Part shown: positions 12,799-28,936 of the stretch, one piece after another
Layout of the letters: each line of letters begins with the position of its first letter
Numbering within the stretch: the stretch's first letter is position 1
Source: Eledone cirrhosa
Taxonomy: Eukaryota
NCBI GenBank assembly: GCA_964016885.1
Contig: OZ024756.1
Coordinates: 5,084,001-5,148,000, forward strand
DNA: 64,000 nucleotides
Reading direction: 5' to 3'
Notes under the pieces: generated by a model
Database searches by the model: none
The model's input: only the letters and a program-made list of their open reading frames with translations
Told to the model about the DNA's origin: nothing
Translations under genes and position numbers: made by a program

Positions 12799-12985
12799 GG
12801 AATAGCAGTATCGGTAGAGGGTCGGACGCCATGCTTTGAATCATAGGGTTACTTCCCTTTATGATCTGAGTTCAAATCCCGCCAAGGTTAACTTTGCCTT
12901 TCATCCTTACAGGGTTGATAAAATAAAGTACCAGTAATAAAGTGGGATCATTGCTGGCCTTGTGCCAAAAGTAGAAACAATTATT
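12799..12985 (+). mobile_element. SINE family A (tRNA-derived head, Nin/Deu-like core)
   Basis: A-box-like TAGCAGTATCGG, B-box GAGTTCAAATCC, core GCCTTTCATCCTTACAGGGTTGATAAAATAAAGTACC. Confidence 0.8.
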
Positions 12986-13019
12986 TTGAAAGCAATGGAG
13001 GGAAACATTGACAACTTCT

Positions 13020-13442
13020 TTTTCCTATTCTTTTTCTTTTCTACTTTTTCTTTCTTTATTTCTTCTTTTTCTTTCTTTATTTTTTAATTTTCTTTTTTAT
13101 TCCTTCTTCTTTCTTTATTTCTTCGTCTTCTTTCTTCTTTTTCTTCGTCTTCTTTTTCTTTCTTCTGCTTCTTTTTCTTCTTTTTCTTCTTTTTCTTCTT
13201 TTTCTTCTTTTTATTTCTTCTTTTTATTTCTTCTTTTTATTTCTTCTTTTTCTTCTTTTTCTTCTTCTTTTTCTTCTTTTTCTTCTTTTTCTTCTTTTTC
13301 TTCTTTTTATTTCTTCTTCTTTTTATTTCTTCTTTTTATTTCTTCTTTTTATTTCTTCTTTTTCTTCTTTTTCTTCTTTTTCTTCTTTTTCTTCTTTTTC
13401 TTCTTCTTCTTCTTCTTCTTCTTCTTCTTCTTCTTCTTCTTC
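13020..13442. repeat. Polypyrimidine (TTC/TTTTTC)n microsatellite
   Basis: Direct inspection. Confidence 0.9.
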
Positions 13443-13589
13443 CTGAGTTAGGGTGGATGCCCGTTGACTCCGAAGAGTTCATCCACCCTTTTATCAGTTC
13501 TTGCTTTTTGTGCTGCCAGGGGCCCACTTACCAGGATGTGGTGGGGTCACCGACTACTCGACCATGATGCAGGCTGTACTGAGTTCCAT

Positions 13590-14270
13590 GTTACAAATAG
13601 CAGGTAAAAGCTACTAACTGGACTTCCATGGTACCAGTAGCAGGTACAAGCTACTAACGGGAGTTACATTGTACCAGTAGAAGGTAGACGCTACTAACTC
13701 GACTTTCATGGTACCAGCAGCTGGTACAAGCTACTAACTGGACTTCCAAGGTACCAGCTACTAACTGGACTTCCATGGTACCAGCTACTAACTGGACTTC
13801 CATGGTACCAGTAGCAGGTACAAGCTACTAACTGGACTTCCATGGTACCAGTAGCAGGTACAAGCTACTAACTGCCCTTCCATGGTACCAGTAGCAGGTA
13901 CAAGCTACTAACTGGACTTCCATGGTACCAGTAGCAGGTACAAGCTACTAACTTCCCTTCCATGGTACCAGTAGCAGGTACAAGCTACTAACTGGACTTC
14001 TATGGTACCAGTAGCAGGTATAAGCTACTAACTGGACTTCCATGGTACCAGTAGAAGGTACAAGCTACTAACTGGACTTCCATGGTTCCAGTAGCAGGTA
14101 GAACCTACTAACTTGACTTCCATCGTACCAGTAGCAGGTACAAGCTACTAACTGGACTTCCATGGTTCCAGTAGCAGGTACAAGCTACTAACTGCCCTGC
14201 GATGGTACCAGTAGCAAGTAGAAGCTACTAACTGGACTTCCATGGTACCGGTAGCAGGTGAAAGCTACTA
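13590..14270. repeat. 40-bp minisatellite (CAAGCTACTAACTGGACTTCCATGGTACCAGTAGCAGGTA), about 17 units
   Basis: Exact 40-bp period from about 13790; two shortened about 25-bp units near 13741-13790. Confidence 0.95.
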
Positions 14271-15319
14271 AACGAAAATAATTTATACTTTCAAAGAGAC
14301 AAACACAGTCTGATTCAACATTTTCTCTATATATCTGTTTTATGATGATTACATATGTGACACGTATATATTTTAGATTATTGAAATCAGGGAAATATTT
14401 ACATTTAATCACGTCAGTAATGTTGTCTGGACAGGCAATCTTACCATATCCTCATATTTCTCCTCTATAAAAAGTCTCAGGTTCCATATTCCTGTATGAA
14501 AAATTGGTATTGAAACGTGCAATGGCTGCCAAAAAAACATCATTCTAAGTTGCCAAAAAAAGAGACGGCATGGTGTCTAATTTCACAGCATGACTAAATA
14601 ATACATATGGATACGGCTTTCTATGTTTATTTATTCATAATCCTTGCTGTATAGCTAATGCAGAAATAATTGCCCAATATGTAAATGAATTGTGCCTAGG
14701 AAATACTTGCTATTTGAATCTTTTACTGGTTTCAGTTCTTTGAATGCGCTCATGACCTCATGACCTGATTTATGCGTTCATATTTATCTTCAAATGTGGC
14801 ACTTAATGTATCGATATTATTTTCATCGAAATGCGAAATTACGGAATATAAATACAAACGTAACACACAACACACGCACACGCACACGCACACGCACACA
14901 CAAACACACGCATGCATGTACGCGCGCACACACACATACACAGACATGCACTCACAAACACACGCATGCATGTATGCACGCACACGCACACGCACACAGA
15001 ACAGGTTTCTTCAGTTTCCGTTTACCAAATTCCCCTCACAAGCCAGTTGTCAACCCGAGGTAATCGTAGATGAATGAAAAGTTTATTAACTCAGCTTACT
15101 TAAGACAATGCAGCTAGTTAAATATTTATATAACCTGATGAGGTTTTGCCTCAAGATGGCTGTGTTTGAGTCAGTGAGGTTACAAGTGTTACCTTGCTCA
15201 TCGTGGTCAAAGACTATTTTGTTACCCTCACTCGAAATTACAAGCTGGACATGAGAGAGTAAATGTTGTCCTCTCACGCCTGAGAATGCGAGCAGCTTTA
15301 AACCTTACACCCTCAAATC

Positions 15320-15540
15320 TCCTCCTTCTTCTTCTTCTCCTTCTTCTCCTCTCACTTATTCCGGAGACGGACGTTGGGGGCAGAGCCCTGAAACACTCCC
15401 TCTAGCGGGTCTTGTCAGAAGCAACTATCTCTAACTGGTTCGGCTGGATCCCCAAGCGAGACCAGTGAAGATCATGGATGTTATCCAACCATCTTGCTCG
15501 GGGTCTACCCCCGGGGTCTCCTGTTGGTTGGTTTCGTTGA
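15320..15540 (-). mobile_element. RTE-like LINE 3' end
   Basis: Minus strand encodes an about GRP.ARWLDNI segment followed by a short UTR and an (AGA)n tail. Confidence 0.45.
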
Positions 15541-15882
15541 ATCTCCTCAAAAGTTTAGTTACTGAATAGTTGAAACGGAGAAGTTTATAGTTGTCAAGTT
15601 GAACTTATTGAAGAAAATATACCTGCCTTTGGATAAGGCACGTTTATCAGCACGGTTCAATTCTAAATACATTGATTTGCAGGAATTTGAATGAGAGAAA
15701 CACACTTTAAATATTATTTATGTGATCGATATAATCGATATGAAAAGCTTCGTGAATTCCAAATAGAAGATTTAAATTCTAAACTAAAAACATGGGAATA
15801 TCAAACGACATATATTAAATCACGTTGACAAGTTTTCTTTTTATGGTCATCTTACTGTTTTAACTTGTGGAACTTCTACCAA

Positions 15883-16201
15883 TGGTAGTGGTGGTAGTAG
15901 TTGGAATGGTGGTAGTGGTGGTAGTTGGAGTGGTAGTGGTGGTAGTTGGAATGGTAGTGGTGGTAGTTGGAGTGGTAGTGGTGGTAGTTGGAATGGTAGT
16001 AGTGGTAGTTGGAATGGTAGTAGTGGTAGTAGTTGGAATGGTAGTGGTGGTAGTTGGAATGGTAGTAGTGGAAGTAGTTGGAATGGTAGTGGTGGTGGTT
16101 GGAATGGTAGTGGTGGTAGTTGGAGTGGTAGTGGTGGTGGTTGGAATGGTAGTAGTGGTAGTTGGAGTGGTAGTGGTGGTAGTTGGAGTGGTAGTGGTGG
16201 T
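15883..16201. repeat. Compound trinucleotide-derived minisatellite (GGTAGT/GGAAT)n
   Basis: 21-24-bp higher-order units of GGTAGTGGTGGTAGTTGGA(A/G)T. Confidence 0.9.
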
Positions 16202-16235
16202 TTTGTTAAGTATCTATACAAAATCACAGTGCGGC

Positions 16236-16419
16236 AATAATTGTTTCTACTTTTGGCACAAGGCCAGCAATAACTCATTTTATTACTGGTACTTTATTTT
16301 ATCGACCCTGTAAGGATGAAGGGCAAAGTTAACCTCGGCGGGATTTGAACTCAGAATGGCAAGGGCCGTAACTCTATACGTCAAAGCATGGCGTCCGACC
16401 CTCTACCAATACTGTCAAT
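16236..16419 (-). mobile_element. SINE family A
   Basis: Near full-length reverse-complement copy. A diverged relative follows at about 16420-16610. Confidence 0.8.
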
Positions 16420-17815
16420 AATGAGTTCTAAATTTGACGCAATGCCAGAAATCTGTAAAGTGAGCAGAGTTCATTAACTCGACCCAAGTTAATTACTGGT
16501 ACTTTATTTTATCGACCCTAGAATGATGACAAGCAAAGCTAACCTTGGCAGAATTTGAATTCAGAATAACTGTCAAAATGCATTTTGTTCGACGCTCTAA
16601 CAATTCAGAAAATCCGCAGACCTTAAGGTATTTTAGTAATAAACTGCAGGTGTATCTTTTCCTGAATAACCAGTGTTTAACTCGGGATTTCTTGGTGAAT
16701 GGGAGTTGGTTCAACGCCGGTTTATTGCAGATGTCTTTCCTCACAGGTGATAGAGTTATTATTATCATTCACAATTTATCAGTTCTATTCTGGTGCAACA
16801 GGTCACAGAAGTGAATTAAACCGCTTGTTTGTTAGACTCAACCATTAAGGGAAAACAATCCTGACTGGATCAACGTAATGCCAGTATCAGAATAGGTACT
16901 AGCAGTCCCTCTTTTATATGACCAGTCCTTCCACATTCTAGACGTACTACATGGTAGAGTTCATAAAAATAGATGCGTCATGGTTTTTATTACCGATTTA
17001 CTTTATTAAAACCCCACATGTTCTGCTGTTGGCGGACTTGAGAGTCATCTGAACCAAGAATCAAATTTAGTTTTTCTGGGAGTTCAACTCTATTTCACGA
17101 CACTTGTATTTATTGATTCTTTTCCTACATGCAAACCAATTATTGTTATGGAAATGTGCAGTCGACTGATTTGAACTTAGCACCCTATGGCACTACGGCC
17201 AATTTTAAAAGGATTTTACCTAGAAACGTATGATGATATAACTGTGTTTAATTTAAAGTCCCTTCTTTCTCGAGCATCTTCGCCATCTTTATGAATAAGG
17301 ATTTCTTATATATACACTGTCATAGCTTTATAGGTGAGGAAGAAATATGGTTGTCGTTTACGACTTTCCCCAAATTATTTGCAACATACTTCATGCCACA
17401 CCAAGACACCCCAGCCACCAATCTCATCAATTTCGAAAAGCTAGCGAATATTAAGGGCACTAAAGACCAGCTCTTAACAACTAATAAAATATAAGAATAA
17501 ATAAATGGCTTTAACTTCGAAACCGGTTCAGGGAGTCAGGTCAGCTGAAACTTAAATCGATACAATTCATAAACAGTTGTCTCTGATGAGAAGGAGATGA
17601 GGAGAGTGAGGCATTCATGCCTTTCCAATCGCTGCAGCTCGGAGATAGTCTCTAACTAAATTCAACAGTTCTATATATCAGTTGAAGATGGGAAGATCGT
17701 AGTAAAGTGTCCACGCATTTCCTAATGGCTGAAACCCCATTAGTTAAGATTTATAACCGTATACCGCAATTTGCCCCTTGCTATTACATATCAACATTAT
17801 GTTATTTTGATTTAG

Positions 17816-18005
17816 GGGTCGGTGGATTGGGAGTATCGGTAGAGGGTCGGACACCATGCTTTGCAGCATAGTTACGGCCCTTGCTATTCTGAGTTCAAAT
17901 CCCGCCGAGGTTAACTTTGTCTTTCATTTTTACGAGGTCGAGAAAATAAAGTACCAGTAATACACTGGATAATTGTTGGCCTTGTGCCTAACGTAGAAAC
18001 AATTA
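17816..18005 (+). mobile_element. SINE family A
   Basis: Full-length copy with A/B boxes and core. Confidence 0.85.
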
Positions 18006-19479
18006 TGTTATTTTTGATTACCAACTGTAAGGAGTAATTGATACTTCCTCTAATCTGTTAAGGCTTACTAGCTCTATACGGACGTTTAATTTGATTCAAT
18101 GAATAAATAATAAATAACTGCTTTACATTTCTTTATTGTATCAGATAATTTATTATATTGTAGTATTGTTAACATATTACACAAAATGAACAATGAGAAT
18201 TATACTTAAACTCCGTGTTAGATACAAAGAACCAGATAATCCTTCAAATACAGAGAAACCACGCTCTCGTGAAATTCAAATATCCCAAACTCCTCGAGCC
18301 AACACGAGAATTAAAACTGTTTCCGATTCGGGGAAATGTTTACTTGAACTTAAGGATTTTTCTAATGATTTCCTCATTACATTTTCATTAAATTCTCTAC
18401 AACACCAGCATCTAATCAACTGCAGTGTATCTGTTGCATAATTTCATTAATTTTCTTTTGTTTCTATAGGAGTGTTTCATTATATTGGGACGGAACTTGC
18501 TATCGTGTTGCTAGAAGGCCATTTTATGCAATTAGTAAAGTGAAATGGACCATTGTGATGAGACCTAGATTCAGAATAGCCCTCTGATTCATTATCTCAG
18601 TTTTAGAGTCCACAGCTCTAAATGATAGGGGGGTTAGGGGGCTGGGCAGAGGAAGTATTGGCTTGAGGACGTTAATGTTGATAGTAGATGGTGGTGTTAT
18701 GTACTGTATTGTGTTGGTGTCGAGAAGGAGTGTCTAATATTAACGAGAAAGATGATTATTACATTCACTAAATTTTATGAAGCATCCATTGTGATGAGTG
18801 GTGATGACATGTCGGAGTATTTTGTGGATAGATTTTTAATAATAATATAGGCAAAGTCTAAAGAAAATTTAATTTCTATGAGCTGTGTAGTGATTACCAA
18901 CAAAATTATTATAAAATGCACCATAATAATCTAGTTATCATCCCCGTCAGATATTCAATGTTCACATCAATTAGTTTAGGCATTTAGTCTTGAAGAAATT
19001 GATGTCTTTGTGTGGATTGAATGTTGTTATTAGCAATTGTATAATGGAACTCCGTCATAATAGGTAAATAGCATTGGAATATGATGGTATAATACAAGAA
19101 ACGCGAGTTTCAGGAACTGAATAATGCAAATAATAATAAATAAAAAGAAATATGTTCTTGAGGAAACTAATACGAAAATCAGAATAGAAGAATAGCTGAA
19201 AGAAACACAGTTGAGGCTGAGATTAAGAAAAAAGGACCATAAATAGATATAATAATTGAATAAAGAAAAAATTAAAAAAAACTAAAACAATAAAGACGAC
19301 CTCAATTATGAATGTCAAAGAAATCTATTAAGAGGAGAAATATAGTTAGGGTGTTATTGAGGTTTAAAGATGGAATGGAATAAAAACGAATTAAAATGAA
19401 ATACAAAAAATAAATGAAGGAAGAGGGTTAAAAAGCAGTTATGACAATATAAGGCACAAGAATGATGTCTAAAATAGTG

Positions 19480-19659
19480 AGATATATATATATATACTTT
19501 GTGTATATATGTATGTATGTATATATAAATATATATGTATGTGTATATATATATATGTATGTATGTATATATATAAATATATATGTATATATATATATAA
19601 ATATATATGTATGTGTATATATATATATGTATGTATATATATAAATATATATATATGTG

Positions 19660-19706
<47 letters not shown>

Positions 19707-19835
19707 ATATATATATATATGTGTGTGTATATATATATATATGTGTGTGTATATATATATATATGTGTGTGTATATATATATGTATGTATGTATATATAT
19801 ATATATATATGTGTGTGTATATATATATATGTGTG

Positions 19836-19866
<31 letters not shown>

Positions 19867-19889
19867 GTATGTATATATATATATATATG

Positions 19890-19934
<45 letters not shown>

Positions 19935-20790
19935 ATATATATATATATGTGTGTGTGTATATATATATATATGTGTGTGTGTATATATATATATATGTAT
20001 GTGTATATATATGTATGTGTATATATATATGTATGTGTATATATATATGTATGTGTATATATATATGTATGTGTATATATATATGTATGTGTATGTGTGT
20101 ATATATATATGTATGTGTATGTGTATATATATATATGTATGTATGTATATAAATATATATATATGTGTATATGTGTATGTATACACATATATGTGTATAT
20201 ATATATGTGTATATATATATATATGTGTATATATATATGCGTATATATATATGTGTATATATATATATGTGTATATATATGTGTATATATATATGTGTAT
20301 ATATATATGTGTATATATATATGTGTATATATATATATGTGTATATATATATGTGTATATATATATGTGTATATATATATATGTGTATATATATATGTGT
20401 GTATATATATATGTGTGTATATATATATATGTGTGTATATATATATGTGTATATATATATGTGTATATATATATGTGTGTATATATATGTGTGTATATAT
20501 ATATGTGTGTATATATATATGTATGTATATATATATAAATATATATGTATGTATATATATATAAATATATATGTATGTATATATATATAAACATATATGT
20601 ATGTATATATAAATATATATGTATGTATATATAAATATATATGTATATATATATAAATATATATATAAATATATATGTATGTATATATATATAAATATAT
20701 ATGTATGTGTTATGTATATATATATATGTATGTATAAATATAAATAAATATATGTGTATATTTAAATATATATGTATGTATGTATGTATA

Positions 20791-20835
<45 letters not shown>
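19480..20835. repeat. (TA)n/(TATG)n compound microsatellite
   Basis: Direct inspection. Confidence 0.95.
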
Positions 20836-20837
<2 letters not shown>

Positions 20838-21156
20838 AAATGGAGGAGATGTTTGAGAAAAATTGCAAAGAGAAGAAAGAACGATTAAATAATGTGTTTC
20901 TAGAAATAAATATTGGTTGTGAAAGAAAATTAAAATGGAGGCAGGGAAAGAAAAAATGGAAATAGAAAATAAAGAGAAATGACTTTTTATTAGAATGAAA
21001 ATAGTGAAAAGGATTTATGGAGGGTGAATGGTGTCTTAGAGAGGGAGAAAGATAGAGATAGAGAGAGTGAGAGAGTGATATTTTTAAATGATGAAGACAG
21101 AGTGTGGAAGTGTGGGATGAGTGTGTAAACGATTTGTGAAACAAAGGAAACCAAGG

Positions 21157-21203
<47 letters not shown>

Positions 21204-21230
21204 GTGTATATACGTATGTATGTACATATA

Positions 21231-21294
<64 letters not shown>

Positions 21295-21407
21295 ATAATA
21301 ATAAAATAATAAGAATAACATTTATATGTGTGTGTGTCTGTGTGTAATTCTCCTTAAATATTGTTTATTTACATACATATATATTAATGTATATATATAT
21401 ATGTATA

Positions 21408-21444
<37 letters not shown>

Positions 21445-21509
21445 AGACACACATATAGAAAAATCTTACGACTTTCTTCAGTTTAATAAACGCTTTCTGT
21501 GGGGAACGG

Positions 21510-21690
21510 TTGGAGGAATGAAGAAGCGGTGGGAGGGATGAAGAAGTGGTTGGGTGGTGGTAGTCGGAGGAATGAAGAAGTGGTTGGGTGGTGGTAGTCG
21601 GAGGAATGAAGAAGTGGTTGGGTGGTGGTGGGAGGAATGAAGAAGTGGTTGGGTGGTGGTGGTGGAGGTGGTGGTGGGAGGAATAAAGAA
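21510..21690. repeat. About 34-bp G-rich minisatellite (GGAGGAATGAAGAAGTGGTTGGGTGGTGGTAGTC)
   Basis: 5-6 degenerate units. Confidence 0.85.
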
Positions 21691-22286
21691 TGATCACATT
21701 ACTGGGAGAGAGAAGAAATCACGTTATTCCTTGTTGAATCATTAGAATTTCGTGTTTGAGAAATAATACAAGAAAATATACAACAGCAACAACAGCAACA
21801 ACAATTACAAACAATAAAATGATTATATAGCGTTGGACGAATAACTGTTGTGTACAAATAATATAAAGTAGGGAATGAGAAGGGTAACAAAGAATCCCTG
21901 GCATATTTGAAAGGGGAGAGCGTAAATAATTAATGAGTGCGGAATCATTTTAGAGAAATATGCTAGAAAGGAATGTGTGTTGGATCTCCGTCGATTTCGA
22001 CGACGAATGATCGATCCAGTTGTTTGATCAATGATATAGTTAAATCGTGAAGTTATCGTGTGAGTGGTTAATCTCATCAATGATTGTTGTTATAGACAAA
22101 GAAAATATAGCTGATATAGGAGAGGAGGGTGAGAGAGATGGAGGCGATGACAGTAGGGGTTCGGCTCTTCCGTGTACGGCCATGGTGTGCAGCGTCAGTT
22201 GTCCGTAGGGTGGTAGTGGTTTGTTCTTAGAGAAGGTTTTTAGAACATACATTCCTGTATGTATTATTATAATACCAGAAATGAAG

Positions 22287-22477
22287 GTTGGATTGGCAGT
22301 ATCGGTAGAGGGTCGGAAGCCATGCTTTGACGCATAGAGTTACGACCCTTGCCATTCTGAGTTCAAATCCCGCCCAGGTTAACTTTGCCTTTCATCGTTA
22401 CGGGGTCGACAAAATAAAGTACCAGTAATGCACTGGGTTAATTGCTGGCCTTGTGCCTGAAGTAGAAACAATTATTA
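22287..22477 (+). mobile_element. SINE family A
   Basis: Full-length copy with A/B boxes and core. Confidence 0.85.
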
Positions 22478-22560
22478 TACTAGAAATGGTCATTACTCGT
22501 GTACCGGTTGAAAGCAATTGTCTGTTCCTGTAGGTATGAGTGTGGGTAGACGGAAAAGTT

Positions 22561-22925
22561 CATAGGTTGCATATGAAGGAGTGATGCTAGGGCTGTGAAA
22601 TCTTGCATGCATAAATTTCAACTCCTTTTATTAATAACTGCATTGTTTTTCCCAAGGACTATGTTGAAAAATAAATCTCATTGGGTCATTCCATGAGAGT
22701 ATCTTGGTCATAGGCTGAATATGAATGAAGGAGTGATGCTAGGGCTGTGAAATCTTGCATGCATAAATTTCAACTCCTTTTATTAATAACTGCATTGTTT
22801 TTCCCAGGGACTATGTTTACAAATAAATCTCATTGGCTCATTCCATGAGAGTATCTTGGTCATAGTTTGCATATGAAGGAGTGATGCTAGGGCGGTGAAA
22901 TGTTGCATGTATTAATTTCAACTCC
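22561..22925. repeat. About 150-bp tandem repeat, about 2.4 copies
   Basis: ATGAAGGAGTGATGCTAGGGCTGTGAAATCTTGCATG recurs at about 22573, 22724 and 22873. Confidence 0.9.
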
Positions 22926-23429
22926 CGGTTCAGTCCCGATACCGCATTTTTGGTTTGTGTGCGGTCGCCTTACTTCGCACAGTTCTCCGCAGAGAAGTTG
23001 CTTTGGAATACGATCATCAGACATACATATCACGTGAACCGATGCTGAAAAATCATGCTCTCTATGTTCCGTTCGAGAACTTCCAGATCACTGAGGAACA
23101 TTTTCCATCGCACCACAAGTATCTTATGAAGAGATAAATACATACACACATACACGACTAGTTAGTAAAAAATATGTTAAACATTCCAAAAATTCTGCAT
23201 CTAATAACTGCATATACACTTGTACAGATACAAGACATATACACATGCACACATATAACTGAAAACATACATATCCACACATACAATAACATTTATACCT
23301 ACACACACATGAATGCAGACATGTAAACATACATACATATCTACCTAGTTGATGTTGTGTACATTTCCATGATAGAGTCTTGTATCTTTTATCTATGGCA
23401 AAAATTTGTGAAATTATAAAACTAGATGA

Positions 23430-23546
23430 ACACACATACACACACACACGCACGCACGCACACACAGACACACACACACATATATATATGTAAATATATA
23501 TATGTATATGTATATATGTATATATATATATGTACATATATATATG

Positions 23547-23595
<49 letters not shown>

Positions 23596-23613
23596 GTATA
23601 TATATATGTATAT

Positions 23614-23666
<53 letters not shown>

Positions 23667-23873
23667 TACATATATATATACATATATATATACATATATA
23701 TATACATATATATATATACATATGTATATATATATATTTAAATGTATATATACATATATACATATATATATACATATATATATACATATATATATACATA
23801 TATATATACATATATATATATACATATATATATACATATATATATACATATATGTATATACATATATATATAC

Positions 23874-23920
<47 letters not shown>

Positions 23921-23922
23921 CA

Positions 23923-23968
<46 letters not shown>

Positions 23969-23973
23969 CATAT

Positions 23974-24019
<46 letters not shown>

Positions 24020-24150
24020 GTATATATATATATATATATACATATGTATATTTATATATATATATACATATGTATATATATATATATATATACATATGTA
24101 TATATATATATATATATACATATGTATATATATATATATATATACATATG

Positions 24151-24184
<34 letters not shown>

Positions 24185-24251
24185 CATATGTATATATATA
24201 TATGTATATATACATATATATACATATTTTACATATATATACATATATACA

Positions 24252-24295
<44 letters not shown>

Positions 24296-24321
24296 TACAT
24301 ATATATATATACATATATATA
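23430..24321. repeat. (TA)n/(TACA)n compound microsatellite
   Basis: Direct inspection. Confidence 0.95.
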
Positions 24322-24404
24322 CCACTGTGTGGTGCCAAAGGTCCCGTCTTCCACATCTAGAATAGGGCGCAGGTATTGCAATAGCCTGGAATTCAAGGAC
24401 CCTC

Positions 24405-24593
24405 AACGAGTAGGACCCCGACGGCTGAGCTCAAGCCGTTTCGACGGCTAATTCTGTCCAGAATTAGCCGTCGAAACGGCTTGAGCTCAGCTGTCGGGGT
24501 CCTACTCGTTCCTATTACCCACTCACTACCCTAAGTATTGAGTACTTTGGTCCGTTATGGTCCACCTCGTTCCTTACAACATTTCCTTCGTTA
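24405..24593 (+). mobile_element. Short fold-back element, 'GGACCCCGACGG' family (longest arms)
   Basis: About 52-bp inverted arms around a 2-nt apex (24457-24458). Right arm reads GCCGTC GAAA CGGCT-tgagctc-AGCTG TC GGGGTCC, then the tail. Confidence 0.8.
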
Positions 24594-26164
24594 TATATAT
24601 ATATATATATATATACATATATAACCTCTACATTAAACCTCGAAAGCTTTGTTATTTTCTCTCTCTCTCTACCTGCAACAGCAGTAGATCCCCTCTACCA
24701 CTACCATCACCACCACTACCACAATCAGCACTACCACCGTCACTACCACCACCACAGAATGTTACCATTAGTTAATCCTAACATATTTGTCGTGCGGCCA
24801 AACATGCGGAAAATGTTCATTTTCTGGTTTGTTCCTTATTGATTATCGATCTATCCAGGGTTATAGACATCTCCACTTCACCACAGCCAACAACTACTGT
24901 AATGATGCCAATTAAACATTGAACAACAACTTCCCATGAAGGAAGTTCTTTCTTTCTCTCTTTTCACTTCATAAATCCCTGTATTTCCTTCATTTTTCCT
25001 CATTCTTTTCCCCAAACTCACTCCTCCTAATTTCTTTCTTTCTTTCTTTTAATTTACTATCACTTCTCTCTTTCTATCTTTTCCTCCAGATTCTTTCCTC
25101 TAACTTTCTCTTTTTTTATTTTCTTATTCTTTCCTTCATTTTTATTTTCTTTATATTTCTGTATTATTTCATCACCATTCTCTCACTTTCTTTCTTACCA
25201 TCTCTTAGTCTTCTCTCTTACCATTTTCTTAGTCTTTCTCTCTTACCATCTCTTAGTCTTTCTCTCTTACCATCTCTTAGTCTTTCTCTCTTACCATCTC
25301 TTAGTCTTTCTCTCGCTCTCTCACTTTCTTCCTTTCTATCACTCACTCTTTCTCCCTTTCTCTCACTCTCTCTTTCTTCCTTTCTCTTGCTCCCTTCCTT
25401 TCTTTCTATTGCTGTCTTTTTCTTTCTCAATTTCTCCTGCTCTCTCACTTTCTCTCTTTCTCCCTTTCTCTCATTTTCTCCCTTTCTCTCATTTTCTCTC
25501 TTTCTCTCTCTTTCTTCCTTTCTCTTGCTACCTTTCTTTCTTTCTATTGCTGTCTCTTTCTTTCGCAATGTTTCTCGCTCTCTCTCTTTTGCTCTCTATA
25601 CCTTGCTCCCTCTTTCTTCTTTTCCTTGTTTCTTTCTCTCTCTCTCTCTCTCTCAATTTTACCTACTCTTTCCCACTTACAACCAATCGCACTCTCAGTA
25701 ACCCACATCCACATTATCCCAACAACTCATTCACACTTATACACACACACAAACACACACCGTTTTCTTTTTCATTCTCTTTCCTCAAAATCCCCTTTTC
25801 TGAAAATACGAATTCGTTTCTTATTATTCAGTAGTTTGTTGATACAGACAGAATCTTTAATAAAATTCAATAACCAGAATAACATTAACAATAAGATAAA
25901 ATAGAAAACAATCAGTTTTAGCCGGTGAAAGCAGGATTTATGTTGCATTGTCAAAGATTTACCCAACGATACTCAATACAACCAGCTGTATTCATTCTGT
26001 TGTTAAACAGCAATGATCAGCCTCTCTGTTGATGGATTACAGATTAAGGTGGGCTTTTTTCCCCGCCTTTATATCATGCAATCATTTTTTTTTTATTTGT
26101 TTCCTCACTTGTTCCATTATACGTAATTATTTGTATTTTATTCCGCTAAACCTTCTTTTCTCAA

Positions 26165-28337
<2,173 letters not shown>

Positions 28338-28756
28338 ATTTTTGTCTAGTTCTTTTCAAATGTAATCCTCTGCCATATTGTTTGCATATTCATTAAACTT
28401 CCCCCCTCCCTATACCACTCATCCTTTATTAGCATATTCTGAAGATTAATAAATAATCCTCGAATTTTATACAAAGAGTCAATAAGCCAACCGAAGACCG
28501 ATGGCAAAACAAAGAGATTTGTTTAAATTTGGTCAAAGTTAACTAACAAAATATTGTGATCATAATAATATTGATTTTTAATTCAGGCAAAAGGCTAGTA
28601 AATTTGCGAGAAGGGAACGTTGATTAAATCAGCCCCAGTATTCGACTGGTATTTTAATTTATATGAATACAATGTCAAGAGAAGGAACAAAGACGGCGAT
28701 GTTATCTTATCCAACACTCTTCCAATTTTGCTATTTTACCACCCTCGTGATTATAA

Positions 28757-28936
28757 TAATTGTTTCTACTTTTGGCACAAGGCCATCAATTACCCAGTAC
28801 ATTACTGGTACTTTATTTTATCGACCCCGTAAGGATGAAATGCAAAGTTAACCTCGGCGGGATTTGAACTCAGACCGTAAAGGGACGTAACAATGCTAGA
28901 AAGCAAGGCGTCCGACCCTCTACCGATACTGCCAAT
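28757..28936 (-). mobile_element. SINE family A
   Basis: Near full-length reverse-complement copy. Confidence 0.85.

Noticed and set aside
13590-14270. CRISPR-like regular array
   Set aside because: Contiguous 40-bp units with no unique spacers, no cas genes and a eukaryotic context.
15128-15170. Hammerhead at CTGATGAGGTTTTGCCTC
   Set aside because: No GAAA after the stem II candidate.
15847-16313. Pro/Leu-, Val/Gly- or Gly/Ser-rich protein
   Set aside because: Simple-repeat translation running into a SINE, with no splice or start context.
17575-17640. Hammerhead at CTGATGAGAAGG
   Set aside because: No downstream GAAA-stem III-NUH arrangement.
18490-22260. Possible decayed PLE N-terminal coding fragments on minus (about 18500-19050 and 21900-22260)
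   Set aside because: Only vague compositional resemblance with many stops; cannot be supported without a profile search.
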